Assembly (NCBI RefSeq): GCF_009914755.1
Contig: NC_060938.1
Length of the DNA stretch: 64,000 nucleotides
Direction: 5' to 3' (one strand)
Source of the DNA: the human T2T-CHM13v2.0 reference genome, Homo sapiens
Shown one piece after another: positions 26,489 through 38,737 of the stretch (the stretch's first letter is position 1; every line of letters begins with the position of its first letter). The position numbers and the translations under genes were made by a program. The notes beneath the pieces were generated by a model. The model saw nothing but the letters and a program-made list of their open reading frames with translations, was not told the origin of the DNA and made no database searches.

Positions 26489-27269
26489 GTAGATGAGGGC
26501 ATTGTTAAGAAAAAAGACATTTCATTATGAATTATAGTTTATATTGATGATATATATCCACTCACTGTTATTGTTATTATTAAAAACTTAACTCCATATA
26601 CCTAGCGCCTATGCTTATTAGTAGTAGGAGACAGGATCAAGGAAAAGATTTATCCTAATTTGGTAGATGTTCAAGTGTAGGAAAAGAAGCAAATACAGGG
26701 CACTCTAGAGAGTGTTAATTCAAGAGCAAATAGAAATCAGTTAGATTTGACTATCAGATATATAAACCCTTGAGAAGAATTTTTTAGCAGATATGAGATG
26801 AAAGTTCCAGTCCTACAAATCTAGACTCTAAAGCATACATTTGAGTAACATATGGAACAGCATACTACATCTGAGTAAGATTATAAAAAAGGATGTCTAT
26901 CAAACATCAGAAACAAATAACTTGGATTTTCCATTGCATCACTTTATCTTTTCATTCTTTTTTTCTTAAGATATTCTCTTTAAATGTCTGGAATTGTTCT
27001 CATGTACTAAAGGCCAAAATGGATTCACACATCTCAAGTGAAGAGAATTGTAATTCAGAACAGTGACTTTCAATTTCTGCCAACCATAATCTACCAGTCC
27101 TTTTAAGACTGCATGTTTTAGACATAAGCTATATTTAAATTAGTGAAAATATTTCAACTTCCATCAATCTCACCATTTGAAAGGGGAGAGTAAGAAGTTG
27201 AAACTTCTATAGGACTTTGCTCAGGAATTTGCATTACAATTATTTTTCTCTAGTCTGTGCCCCTTTTCT

Positions 27270-27957
27270 TGTTTTTTAAATTTTAAATTGACAATTAATA
27301 ATTGTATAATATATGGGGTACTAAGTGGTATTATTATTTATGAATACAATGTGTAATAACAAAGTCATACTAGTTAACATATCAATCACTGCAAAAACTT
27401 AGCAGTCTTTTTTTATTTTTTGCAGCAATTTGTAATTTTAATTAAGTCCAATTTATCATTTTGTGTATGCATATGGATTGTGCTTTTCACTGAAAAGTGT
27501 GGTTATAAATGTAGTTTAGTATTTCATAGATGTCCATTACCAGGTTGAAGTATTTTATTTGGATTCCTAAATTATCTTTTTTTATAATCATTAATAGATA
27601 CTGAATTTTGCCAAATGCTTTATATGACTACTAAACATTATCATATCCTTTTCTTTTTTAAAAAATGACGCATCTCAGTGATCAATTTTTGAATGTCAAA
27701 TATCTTGCATTCCCCAAATAAATCCTCCTTATTTTTGATGAGTTACCCTTTTAAATATTGGTTAATTTGAATTGCTTTATATAATTGAGGAAGATTGTGT
27801 CTGTAATCATGAAAGATATTTGTCTTAATTTAGTGTTTTTGTTTTCTGAAATGATTGTCTTTTATTAATACCAGAGTATCCCTAGCTTCATCAAACATTT
27901 GGATATATTCTCTTCTCTTCTATTGTTTGAAAATTATATACAGAATAAATATTATAT
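27270..27957 (-). mobile_element. L1MA 3' tip (to about 27420) followed by older L1M ORF2-region fragments
   Basis: aaattgacaattaataattgtataatatatggggtac; then gtccaatttatcatttt and atagatactgaattttgccaaatgcttt. Confidence 0.6.
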
Positions 27958-27958
27958 C

Positions 27959-28326
27959 TGTGGTAGATAGCTTCCTAGGCTGACCTTTTTTGATCCCCAC
28001 CTCCTGGTATTTATGGCCTTGTGTAACCTCCTCTCCTTGAATTTGGGGTGAAATTAATGCCTGGCTTTAATGAACAGAATATGATAAAGGTGATAGGGCT
28101 TCACTTCTGAGATTAGAATGTAACAGGATGTGACTTGATCTTGCTAGGTCTCTCTCTCTCTCATACACTCTCTCTTGTTTACTCTGATGAGTCAAGATAT
28201 TATGTTGTGAGATGCTCTGTGAAGTGGTCTACAGAGCAAGGAATGGAGAGTTAGTCCAAGGAATGGACAATTAGTCATGAGGAACTGAGGCCCAATCTAA
28301 CAGTATACATAAATTAATTCTTTGCA

Positions 28327-28328
<2 letters not shown>
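27959..28328 (+). mobile_element. MLT1F-type LTR, 3'-truncated
   Basis: tgtggtagatagcttcc...gatccccacctcctggtatttatggccttgtgtaacctcctctccttga...cacttctgagattag. Confidence 0.75.

Positions 28329-28329
<1 letters not shown>

Positions 28330-28369
<40 letters not shown>
28330..28369. repeat. (TG)20 microsatellite
   Basis: Perfect TG run of about 40 bp. Confidence 0.95.
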
Positions 28370-28370
<1 letters not shown>

Positions 28371-28439
28371 TTTTATATTTTTAGACCTTACAGTCTTTAT
28401 CTGATTTTGTAACATTGTATGTAGGAAAGTCGATAATTA

Positions 28440-29952
28440 AGTAATATTATTTACAGTGGTAAACTGGCATGCCACTTCTTTGCCAGGACTTTAATGTGTA
28501 TGAGAAAGTGCTGAGTTATTTCAACCCAGTAGTGCGTTGAATTTAGGTGTTGTAGCTATGGTTACCTTCTTTGCATTTACTATTAACTTAAAATTTCTCT
28601 AATGTTAACTTTCACTTCGTGTATGGGCTGGGTTGCTGGAGATATTTTTTCAATTCCTGTTTCCATCTCAGCTTTTGACTTCTTATTTGTCTATATCTCA
28701 CAGAAGGTTTCCTTTCAACCTCTTGCCCCTTCCTCAATGGTAGATTGCTTTACTGTTTTACTTCTCTAGTTTCTGAGTATTTCATGGGTTGAATTGTATC
28801 TCCCCACTAAATTCATACGTTGATATCCTAACACCCAGGACTAAGAATGTGACTGTATTTGGAGAAAAGGCCTTTAAACAGGCAACTAAGTTCAATTTAA
28901 GATGTTAGAATGGGCCATAATCCAATATAACTGGTGTATTTATAAGAAGAGAAAATTTAGACATCCAAAAAGATACCAAGAATGCATGCAAAAAAAGGAA
29001 AGAACATATGAGGACACAGAGAGAAGGCAGCTATCTGCAAGCCAAGGAGAGAGGTCCCAGGAGAAACCTTCTAATACCTTGATCTTGGACATCTAGCCTC
29101 CAGAAATACAAGAAAATAAATTTTCATTGTTTAAGTCACCCAGTCTCTGGTATTGTTACAGCAAAATAATAAATTCAAGGTTTGCTAATGTGTATTGGGG
29201 GTAGGGGAATGCCTTGTATCTTCTGTTGATGTAAGCAGACCCTGGATTGTCAGACCTTTGGTGTGCCACTTTCTCAGTGATCCCGCTCCTTTAGCAGCAT
29301 TAGGACATTTCTCATAGTCTGCACCCAGTATGTTTTCCTGCCCTTTCCTCAGATGTTGTAATTTTTTTATATTTTTTAGTATTTTTTTTTCCAGGCTGCA
29401 AATGGTTCTTTACCTATGCAGTTAGGACATTAGTATTTGCTGCCTTTTATCAAGATTAAGCCTTCTTTTTCTTCAGGTCATAATATTCTGAGTAGGATTT
29501 TTTTGCCCTTCCCATAGTGGTGACTGCTCCCCTACCCAATTCTAATCTTAGGAGAATTTTTCCATTTTTCCTCTTGCCATCAATCCTTCTTAGAAGCAGA
29601 CAGTGGAATCTGTGGAGAAGAGCCTGCAAGTATGGGGATCAGGGGGAAACTTGCCTTAATTTTGCACCTCCCAGGGATGCTATATCCTTACAGTAACTCA
29701 AACTATCTGAATAGTGGCTTAAAAAATTTTAGCCAAAATCTTCTTAACTATGCTGTGTAATCTAGTGCTTGCAATCCACCTCTACTTGGTGGCATCTGTC
29801 TGTCCTTCAATTTAAAAGTAGCTGATTACAGTGTAATCTTAACTTTATTATGGCTTTAATAGAAGTGATTGTTTTAATTTTATATACCTTTTTCTTATTG
29901 TTAGGATTAGAAATGTAATATTTTCAGCTTTCTTTGTTCTCAACGAAAGTTG
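28440..29952 (-). mobile_element. Old L1 (L1M4/L1MC-MD-type) 5' region, interrupted by MLT1B
   Basis: The right end (ttttcttattgttaggattagaaatgtaatattttcagctttctttgttctcaacgaaagt) resembles the antisense 5' terminus of L1MC/MD elements. Confidence 0.5.
28779..29177 (+). mobile_element. MLT1B MaLR solo LTR
   Basis: atgggttgaattgtatctcccc...gaggacacagagagaaggcagctatctgcaagccaaggagagagg...ttgtttaagtcacccagtc. Confidence 0.85.
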
Positions 29953-31535
29953 GGGGAAAAAAGCCATCTTTATGAGAAACATCATTAGTAATTGGAAATT
30001 AAACAATAAGTGTTTTCTGAAAGAATTAATGAATAAATGGAAAAACGAAGTTAGAATTTAGTAATATATTTCAAATCATAACAAACATGCAAAAGCCTAC
30101 ACTTAAACTCAGCCCTGAAGACACAGTAAGGTTTGTGTGTAGCACATTGCTTAGATAAATTAATTTCCACATTACTCATCAGATTTGGTATTTTGAAGTT
30201 TGTCAGAGACTGATCTCCCAGATAATTCATCACTATGTTTTAATACGTCTATCAACTCTCTGATCTGTGTGGATAGTTTCTTAAAATATCAAAAGATTCA
30301 ACCCAATATCTAGCTACATAACTTGTTTTGTAATGTAGCAAGTTTCTCACTTGCTTTTGATACAAAGGTTAAAATATACTTAAATCTTCCTATGTTAATG
30401 ACCTCCAAACAACGGCATTTATATTATGAATAAATCTACTCTCTTATATTGTCTTTGAAATATGCATCGACTTTAATTTTTAAAAAATATTACTGTGTCA
30501 GATGTGATTATAATCGCAGAGCTTATTCATACTGTTAATAAGGTTAAATTCTAAATAGAAATTTGTATCAGATGAGATCTGGGCAGAATCATGAAATGAA
30601 TTTCATTTTACTTTTTTACTACTCTAGTTGGTTTCAGTACTTTCAAATTGATCTTTCAAATATCTAGGACACTCTAACCATCTTCCTTGTTACAGATGTT
30701 CTCTTATCTTCTTTAAATATATATTTTTTCTCTATCCTAGTTTCTCAGTTTATTCTCCTGGTTAGTTTGTAATTGAAAATTCCTATCATGTCTATGATAT
30801 AACAAGAGAATACTTACAGCTTTCAGATTATTTTTGATTACTAATTGTCAGCAGAATTATGTCAGAGGTAGTCTTGACAAGCAAGCCATTTAAAGGCGAA
30901 GTCAGTTAATGGAATGTATTCATGACTAATTAATAGCCTCATGCTTATTTCATCCTTCCATTCCACTAATACTCCCATCCTACTATTTTAAAAGCAAAGT
31001 TCAGTATAAATCTCCTTAGTGCAGAAAAGAGCAGATTGAAGAAAATATACTTTTTTTTGAAAATTTTCTAGCAACAGAAACTTTACAACTTATGATTCTG
31101 AAGAGGCACTAAAGTATTAAGGTTGGATCTTCAAGAATGCCCCTAGAACTTCTGAAATGTGTCTCCCACAAAGACTCTTTTCTGTGTGCCTCAGAACATA
31201 GATTTTGAATGTCTAGTTTTGCAGCTTTGAACGGTACCTTGGGGTATGGAATGAAAGTCAGATGGGGGAAGGATGGAAAAAGGTACACTAATAATGCACC
31301 TATCATTTCCCATCATTAGGTGAGAAAAATTATTCGTATTTAATTGTCAAATATTTTGACATTTTGACCCAGCCCCCTTTGCTTCCTCATGTTTTTATTT
31401 TGCATAGCACAAATTACAGATCAGTACCAGATCTATATTCTGAACTAAAACCACATCATGATTTGTGTTTTTTGAAAATGTGAATGCAAATTAAAACTTC
31501 TTTTCAGCAATTAACTAGAAAATATAGTCTTGTCC

Positions 31536-31800
31536 ATTTTTGTTGTTGTTGTTTTGAGACGGAGTCTCCCGCTCTCACCCAGACTGGAGTGCAATGGCAG
31601 GATGTTGGCTCACTGCAACCTCCCCATCCTGGGTTCAAGCGATTCTCCTGCTTCGGCCTCCTGAGTAGCTGGGATTACAAACGTGCACCAACATGCCCCG
31701 CCAATTTTTGTATTTTTCATACAGACGGGGTTTTACCATGTTGGTCAGGCTAGTCTCATACTTCTGACCTCGTGATCTGCCCTCCTCGGCCTCCCATAGT
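31536..31800 (-). mobile_element. AluSg-like element lacking its 5'-most ~35 bp
   Basis: gacctcgtgatc diagnostic. The sequence stops at ctcggcctcccatagt and runs directly into Tigger1. Confidence 0.88.
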
Positions 31801-32816
31801 TTTCATGCCTGCTAACACAGCATTCATTCTGCAGCCCATGAAAGTTTCAACTTTTAAGTCTTATTGTTTATGAAATACATTTTCTAAGTCTTTAGCCACA
31901 TAGGTAATGATTCCTCTGATAGATCTTAGAAGAGTAAACTGAAAGCCTTTTGGAAAGAATTCACCATTGCAGATGCCATTAATAACATTCACGATTCATG
32001 GGAGCAGGTCAAAATAGCAACACTAACGCTACTTTGGAAGAAGTTGATTCCAACCCTCATGGATGACTTTGAGGGGTTCAAGACTTCAGTGGAGGAAGTA
32101 ACTGCATAGGTGGTGAAAGTAGTAAGAGAACCAGAATCAGAAGTGGAGCCTTACGATATAACTAGCTGTAATCTCATGATAAAACTTGAACAGATGAAGA
32201 ATTGCTTCTTATGGACGAACAAAGAAAATAGTTTATTGAGATGGAATCTACTTCTGGTGAAGATGTTGGAAATATTGTTGAAATGACAACAAAGAATTTA
32301 GAATATTAAATAAACTTAGTTTATAAAACATCAGCAGGGTTTGAGAGAATTGACTCCAATTTTGAAAGAAGTTCTATTGTGGGTAAAAATGCTATGAAAC
32401 AGCATCTCATGCAACAGTAAAATGTTTCGTGAAAGAACGAGTCAATCGAGACAGCACACTTTCTTGCTCTCTTATTTTAAGAAATTGCCACCACCAGCTC
32501 GATCTTCAGCAACCACCACCCTGATCTGTTAGTAGACATCAATATTGAGACAAGACCCTTCATTCGCAAAAATATTATCACTCACTGAAGGTTCAGATGG
32601 TCTTTAGTTTTTTTAAAGAATAAAGCATTTTTAATTAAGTTATGTATATTGTTTTTCAGACATAATCTTACTGTACACTTAACAGACTACAGGTACTGTA
32701 AACATAACTTTATTTGTACTGGGAAAACAGAAGTTTTGCATGACTCACTTTATTTCAACAGCCGGTTTATGGCAGCGTTCTAAAACCAAACTCACAGTAT
32801 CTCTAAGGCATGATTG
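31801..32816 (+). mobile_element. Tigger1 3' portion (decayed transposase C-terminus and right TIR)
   Basis: ttcatgcctgctaacacagcattcattctgcagcccatg...ccaaccctcatggatgactttgaggggttcaagacttcagtggaggaagtaactgca...cagtatctctaaggcatgattg, followed by TA. Confidence 0.9.
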
Positions 32817-33069
32817 TACTCAGGACACCTCCTACACATTTCCCAAAGTCCTTGTAGCCCATTGCCAGATATAGCAATAGGAATAAAAAAGAAAAAACAA
32901 ACACAATATCAATAATAATAACAAGAAATGGCAGTGTAGACCAAGTTTTCTGAGGACAAGAAGAGACCCCCACTATCTAAAAGGCAGATCAAACCATCGT
33001 TTTTTTTTCTAGCCATCCATTTGTTATTATTTATTTATTTATTTTAGAGGCAAAACAATAGAATTTTCA

Positions 33070-33395
33070 ACAAGAGAAGGAAGTTTGAGTCATTACTAAG
33101 TCTCTTATTTACTACGTGTGTGAATTTGTTTATGACATTTATTTCTCAGTCTCCATTTCCTCATTAATTAAATGAAAGCTGTAGCAATTCCTCAGTTTGC
33201 TATTGGTATGAATTGAGTCTATTTACATGAACGTATGAGTAGAATGTTATTAACTATGCAAATGTTAGTTTCTATTCCTCTGAGCTGTGAAGGTTTGGGG
33301 TTATGTATGATGACAAATTTATGTTTATTCCCAGCACTTACCACAATAACTAACCAAAAGCAGAGTCTCCTTAAGTCTGTGTTGAATGATTGATT
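33070..33395 (+). mobile_element. MIR followed by an L2 3' tail
   Basis: tttactacgtgtgtgaatttg...tctcagtctccatttcctcatt (MIR core); tttattcccagcacttaccaca...tgttgaatgattga (L2 tail). Confidence 0.5.
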
Positions 33396-34874
33396 AGAAA
33401 TAAGCCACTTGGTTTCATTTTCTAAACCTTCTCTTACAAGGATTAAATTTATATTTTTTCAACTTTTATGATATTAGGAGAAAGATTATATTTTTTATAA
33501 ATTGTCAATCTTACTTCAACACTAGAAAATTTCAGATGATAAATTTTATGGTTTTAATGTTTCTTTTCTCACCCAGTCCCCTAGAGAAACACTGACATAT
33601 ATTCTGACGTTGTTAAAAATGTAACAGATTAGTAAGAAACATAATTATAAAATTATCATAATGTTGTGGAACAGATGGTGATGTAAATTGATCTACCTGC
33701 AAGCCATGAATGAAAGAATAGGTAGAGGTTAGAATAAACACAAGTCAGGCCCACAATGTACAAGGCTAGAATAAGAAGGGTCCCCACTGGGTACATAGAC
33801 AATGGTACCAAAAACTCTATGATTAACCAATTCTTATAACTGCAAGAAAATTATCTTAGCAGAGGTACTCATTGGGAGGATCTATCAAGACCTGGAGTAC
33901 AGACTATATTAGTTTAGAAATTTAAGGTAACATTGAAGCCAATCACTTTTACTGTTTAATGAAATCCCTATTTTAAAGAACCATTCCAGATATTTTGAAA
34001 GAAACATATCTGAACCAATTTTCGCTAACTGAATTGGATTATTGGCGTGATTCTGGTGTCTAAGATTGTAGAAGATTTATGGACATTGTTTTACAGGGTA
34101 TATACATTTCTTCTAGTATTTATAGCAGGATGTTTTGATAGAAACTTCCACATTCTATGTTTTACTATATAAATGGTATTTGCTTATGTAAAAACAAAAC
34201 AAAACAAAACTTTAGAGGAATCCATTGTGACCATCAGGGATTCAAAAATTATACTTTGATACATCCTGAAAAGTGCACATTTAAGACATCACAGTTTCTG
34301 CAGTATATACCGTGATGTTCTCATGAAGGTTTTGATTCTGTTGATATAATTTAAATCTAAGGAATTTTAATTAATAGTATTGGTGACAAACAAGATATCA
34401 ATAAGCATATATTGTCATCACATGTCCTTATCATAGGTGTAGTACAGGTGTTAATAACATTATACTGTGGCAAATACTTAAGTCACCATAGTCTTATCAC
34501 ACAGAGTGGACAGAAATGATTCTCTCTCCTAGCAGTTGCACATGTTTGCTTAAAGGAAAAAAATAATATCCCAGCATAAGTTAGGGATATGTTTGGTTAG
34601 CAGCTCTTAGGTATAGGCTGAAATAATCATTTTTATCAGAAGATCTGCTAAAATTAAAGAATACAGATAATATTATATCATTTATTTGTTGTTCTCAAAA
34701 GTAAAGCCATAGTGTTTGCTGTTCATATTTCTTGCCCTCAGTTATTTTGTTTTCTTGTGTAGTGATTAGATATTCAGCAGTCAAATTATCTCTGTTTGAT
34801 ATAAAACTACTTCTATGTTCATAAGAGCCAAAAGTTAAAAAACTACTAAAATATTCATTGAAAGTTAGAGGTAT

Positions 34875-35195
34875 AATATTCACTCGATAACATTTATACA
34901 GTAATGAAAATCAACATCTATAACTACATGCATCAACATGAATGAATCTTATGAATACAATTTGAATGTAAAAAGCCAGGCATGAGAGTACACACTGTGT
35001 GTGTGTGTGTATTCATTTATTGTAAATGGAAAAAAATATGCAAAACTTACTTAGGTTTCAGAATAGTAGTTATACTTGGCAGAAGAGGGGTATATCGTAG
35101 GGGAAATTAGAGGAACTTCAAGATTGCTGCTAATGTTCTCTTCTTGACTGTCAGTTACATAGGTGTGTTCAGTTGGAAAAATGTTATTAATATAT
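34875..35195 (+). mobile_element. L1ME3-type 3' fragment (resumes at about 35790-35837 after LTR40)
   Basis: actacatgcatcaacatgaatgaatctt...aaaagccaggca...gttacataggtgtgttcagttggaaaaat. Confidence 0.65.
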
Positions 35196-35197
35196 AA

Positions 35198-35708
35198 CAT
35201 CTTGTGAGACAATTCTCTACAGATCTATTACATTTTTGTATACCTTAAGGGCACAGGTACTAGCTGCCTTTTCAGAGACTATCTTTTCTAAAATATTAAT
35301 ATTGAAGTGACCTTGGAAGATAAAGGAATAGCTCCATTAGGGGCTGGGAGAAGATTGGTTTCCTGACTGGTACAATAAAGATAATGCTTCTCTCCAGGAA
35401 AAAGTTTGAGTAGGTTAATCTGTAACCCCTTTTATGGAAGACTGGTTTACCTAGTTCACAACTTGCTGCATGTGTAAATGTCACTGAGCCCTTGTGACAT
35501 GACCATGTGGGAATCAAAGCTCAGGAAACATGGGAAATGATCATATTGTACTGCTATTGTTGTGAGCAATAAATGTTCCTTTGTTTTTGCTTTAAGAGTC
35601 TCACGACTTCTGCCACCATCCATGAAACAGTGACAGCTTGAGAGTAGGGTAATATCTTGTTAGCTTGAGAGTAGGGTAATATCTCAAAACCTTCACATTT
35701 TTTGACAC
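35198..35708 (+). mobile_element. LTR40 (LTR40a-like) ERVL solo LTR
   Basis: gagacaattctcta...gactatcttttc...ccttggaagata...ttagcttgagagtagggtaatatctcaaaaccttcacattttttgaca. Confidence 0.75.
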
Positions 35709-37704
35709 TAAAATAACCACTTTATAGATGTAGTTAAGTAGTTAAGTATGACATATATTTAATCAAAAGTAAACTATAGTTATTGGCACATGTGCTTTTT
35801 TATACATGCACTACCCTTTAACAGAAACTTAAAAAATTACTTGGAGCAGTCCTGATTCCTTATAAATCATAAATCACAACAATAAGCAAATATAGAAACT
35901 AGAAAGTATTTCTTGTTCTAGAAGATATACACACACACACACAAAGTCAAAACAAGTTAAGCACTTCCTAGTACACGTAGAGCAATAATCAACTTTTGAA
36001 TGCAAAAGCATTAGCTACTTTTCTTGGGGGAAAAAAGGATTTGAGATCATGGATTTGTTAGGCCCCTGCCTTTTAATTATATAAATATTTTTGTTCATTT
36101 TCTTTAAAAAATTATACTGGAATTTTTAATACTCTGTCCCACATATTAGCTATTCAAGTTTTACGCTTGCCTACAAATTAGTAACATTTAAACATTATTT
36201 TAGGAGTTTAAAAGGTTACAACTTTATTGCATTCATTTTACTTAAAGAGAAGCAAGGATTGATGTATTTGCCAAGTGACCAATACTACTGCTTGTCCTGT
36301 TTATAGAGAAATTTATTTTTAGAAGATAAATTGGGTGGAAAATGCATCTGATAATACCATATTTGCACAGAGTTTATGTTTTGGGGGTAAACTCAGATCC
36401 CATTGAATTGTTAGTCTATTGGAAAATGTAGTATGCTAGTAATAATGCTTAACACGGTAAATAAGGACACTAAAACATAGAAAACTTACTTAATTTTTCC
36501 AGAATTATTTTAAAAATTTTTAGAGGAGGTACCTGAACCTGGATCTTACTAAAATACTCTGCCTTCGAAGTCATAAATTTAACCTAAAAGGGCCTTTCTA
36601 TGTAAGCAATACATTTATGGTAGTAAATGGTATACAATTCTATACATGATAAGTCCTAGTTATTTTAATATCTGAATATTAAAATAGTCATTTCATCATC
36701 TAAACATAAAAACATGACTTATATTTTTGAAAACTGAAAATCATATTGAAAATGAAACACTGAAACAAAATCTCAGAAATTAGTAATTACTAAACATGCT
36801 AGAAAGGTAATACATTCTCAGAGCTTCAGTTCCCATAGCGTGCAGTATTCTCTAAAGCAGTGTCAATGGCTCAGTTCAACATATTGATGTTTAAAGCAGC
36901 AAGAAACAAAGCCATAAAAATAGCCTAATAAAAAACAAGCTATTTGTGGGTGGTGAAAATGTATTCTGTGTAAAAAATTTTGCACAGGACCCTACGGGTT
37001 TCCTCTCAGCTATACAACTAGGCTGGCTTTCATAACTGGGGCTGTTCTCCAGGGATTCTTGTGTTGCTTTTTGGCTTTGATAAAATAGAGAAGGGATGAG
37101 AATATTGAGCCTGATTGGCTCACTACTCTAGGGACAAGGGCTTGAAAGCTTATCAGCAGGCTTTTTAAAACAAACAAAATACAATCTCAGAAATATAAGT
37201 AAGAGAGGCTTATAATTTAAAGAGAAAATAGGTTTTGCATGGTGATATTTTTGGGGTGCTTTAATCACTGCCTTCACCTCCCTACTCCTCATATCAGGTA
37301 ATTGAGTTAATAAATAGTCATAATTCTCATCCTATTATTGTATTCAGAGTTATGTTGATTCAATTAAATTGTTAATATCTTTTGGCTTTAGCAAGTTAGG
37401 CTGGGGATTAAATAAGATCATGGTAACATAATTGCTTTGAAACTGCTTTTTACAAAATCATATTAATAGATCATTTTCATTTTATAGGAATGTGCATTTG
37501 CATAAAATTACCCAAAATGTCCAATGGGAATAAAAAGTTCTAGGAACCCACATATAGATAAGGACGGTTAATGCGTACATGTAAGACCACATTGTTGACC
37601 TTTCTATCTCTCATAGTAATAGATTCCTGTGAAAGACTCTTTACTGAGCCATTACAAGTGAAGAACCACCCAATTTCATGACTTATATCTACATATATTT
37701 TCCC

Positions 37705-38737
37705 TAATAATAAGGAACTCAAACAACAAAATAGCAAAAATAATAATAATGGTAATCTGATTTTTTTAATGGGCAAGACACCTAAAAAGATATTTCTCAA
37801 AAGAAGACATACAAATGGCCAATAGGTGTATGAAAAAAATGTTCAACATCACTAATCATCAGTGAACATCAAAACCACAATGAGATATTATTTCACTCCC
37901 GTTAGAATGACTATTATCAAAAAGACCGAAAATAACAGATGTTGATGAGGATGTGGAGAAAGGGGAGCGCTGGTACACTGTTTGCAGGAATGTAAATTAG
38001 TACGGCTACTGTGGAAACAGTATAGAGTTTTCTGAAAAAGCTAAAAATAGAACTACTATGTGATCCAGCAATTCCACTGCTGGCTATATATCCAAGAAAA
38101 AAAAAAGGGGGTAAGGGGAATCAATTTATTAAGCAGATATCTGCACTTCTATGTCTTTTGAAGTACTATTTACAATAGCCAAGATATGAAATTAACCTAA
38201 GTGTCCAACAACAAATTAATGCATAATGAAAATGTAGAAATACATGATGGAATATTATTCACCCATAGAAAAGATTGAAATTCTATCATTTGCAGCAACA
38301 TAGATGGATCTATGGAACATTCAGTGAAATAAGCCAGGCACAGAAAGACAAATATTGAATGTTTTTACTCATATGTATGAGTTAAAAATTTTGATCTCAG
38401 TGAGTAGCAGTGAGTAGAATGGTGGCCACCAAAGTAGGGTAGGGAAAGGGATAGAATGAAAAGACATTGGTTAATGGGTACAAAACTACAGTTGGATAGA
38501 AAGGATAAGTTCTGGTGTTCAATAGGACAGTAAGACTGCTATAGTTATCAAAATTTTATTGTATGTTTCAAAATATCTAGAATAGATGTTTTGGAATGTT
38601 TCCAATGAAAAGAAATAATAGATGTTTGAAGTGGTAGATATCTTAATTACCCTGATTGTAATTATCTGCATGCATGTATCAAAATCTCACATGTACCCTC
38701 AAAATCTGTACAACTATGTATCAGTTTTTAAAATAAT
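37705..38737 (+). mobile_element. L1MA6/7-like 3' ~1 kb
   Basis: ORF2 C-terminal region (tttctcaaaagaagacatacaaatggccaa) and L1MA 3' UTR (ataagttctggtgttc...catgtatcaaaatctcacatgtaccc). Confidence 0.85.

Noticed and set aside
31801-32400. Domesticated Tigger transposase (TIGD-like) gene
   Set aside because: Only the 3' part is present and no ORF of 60 aa or more survives.
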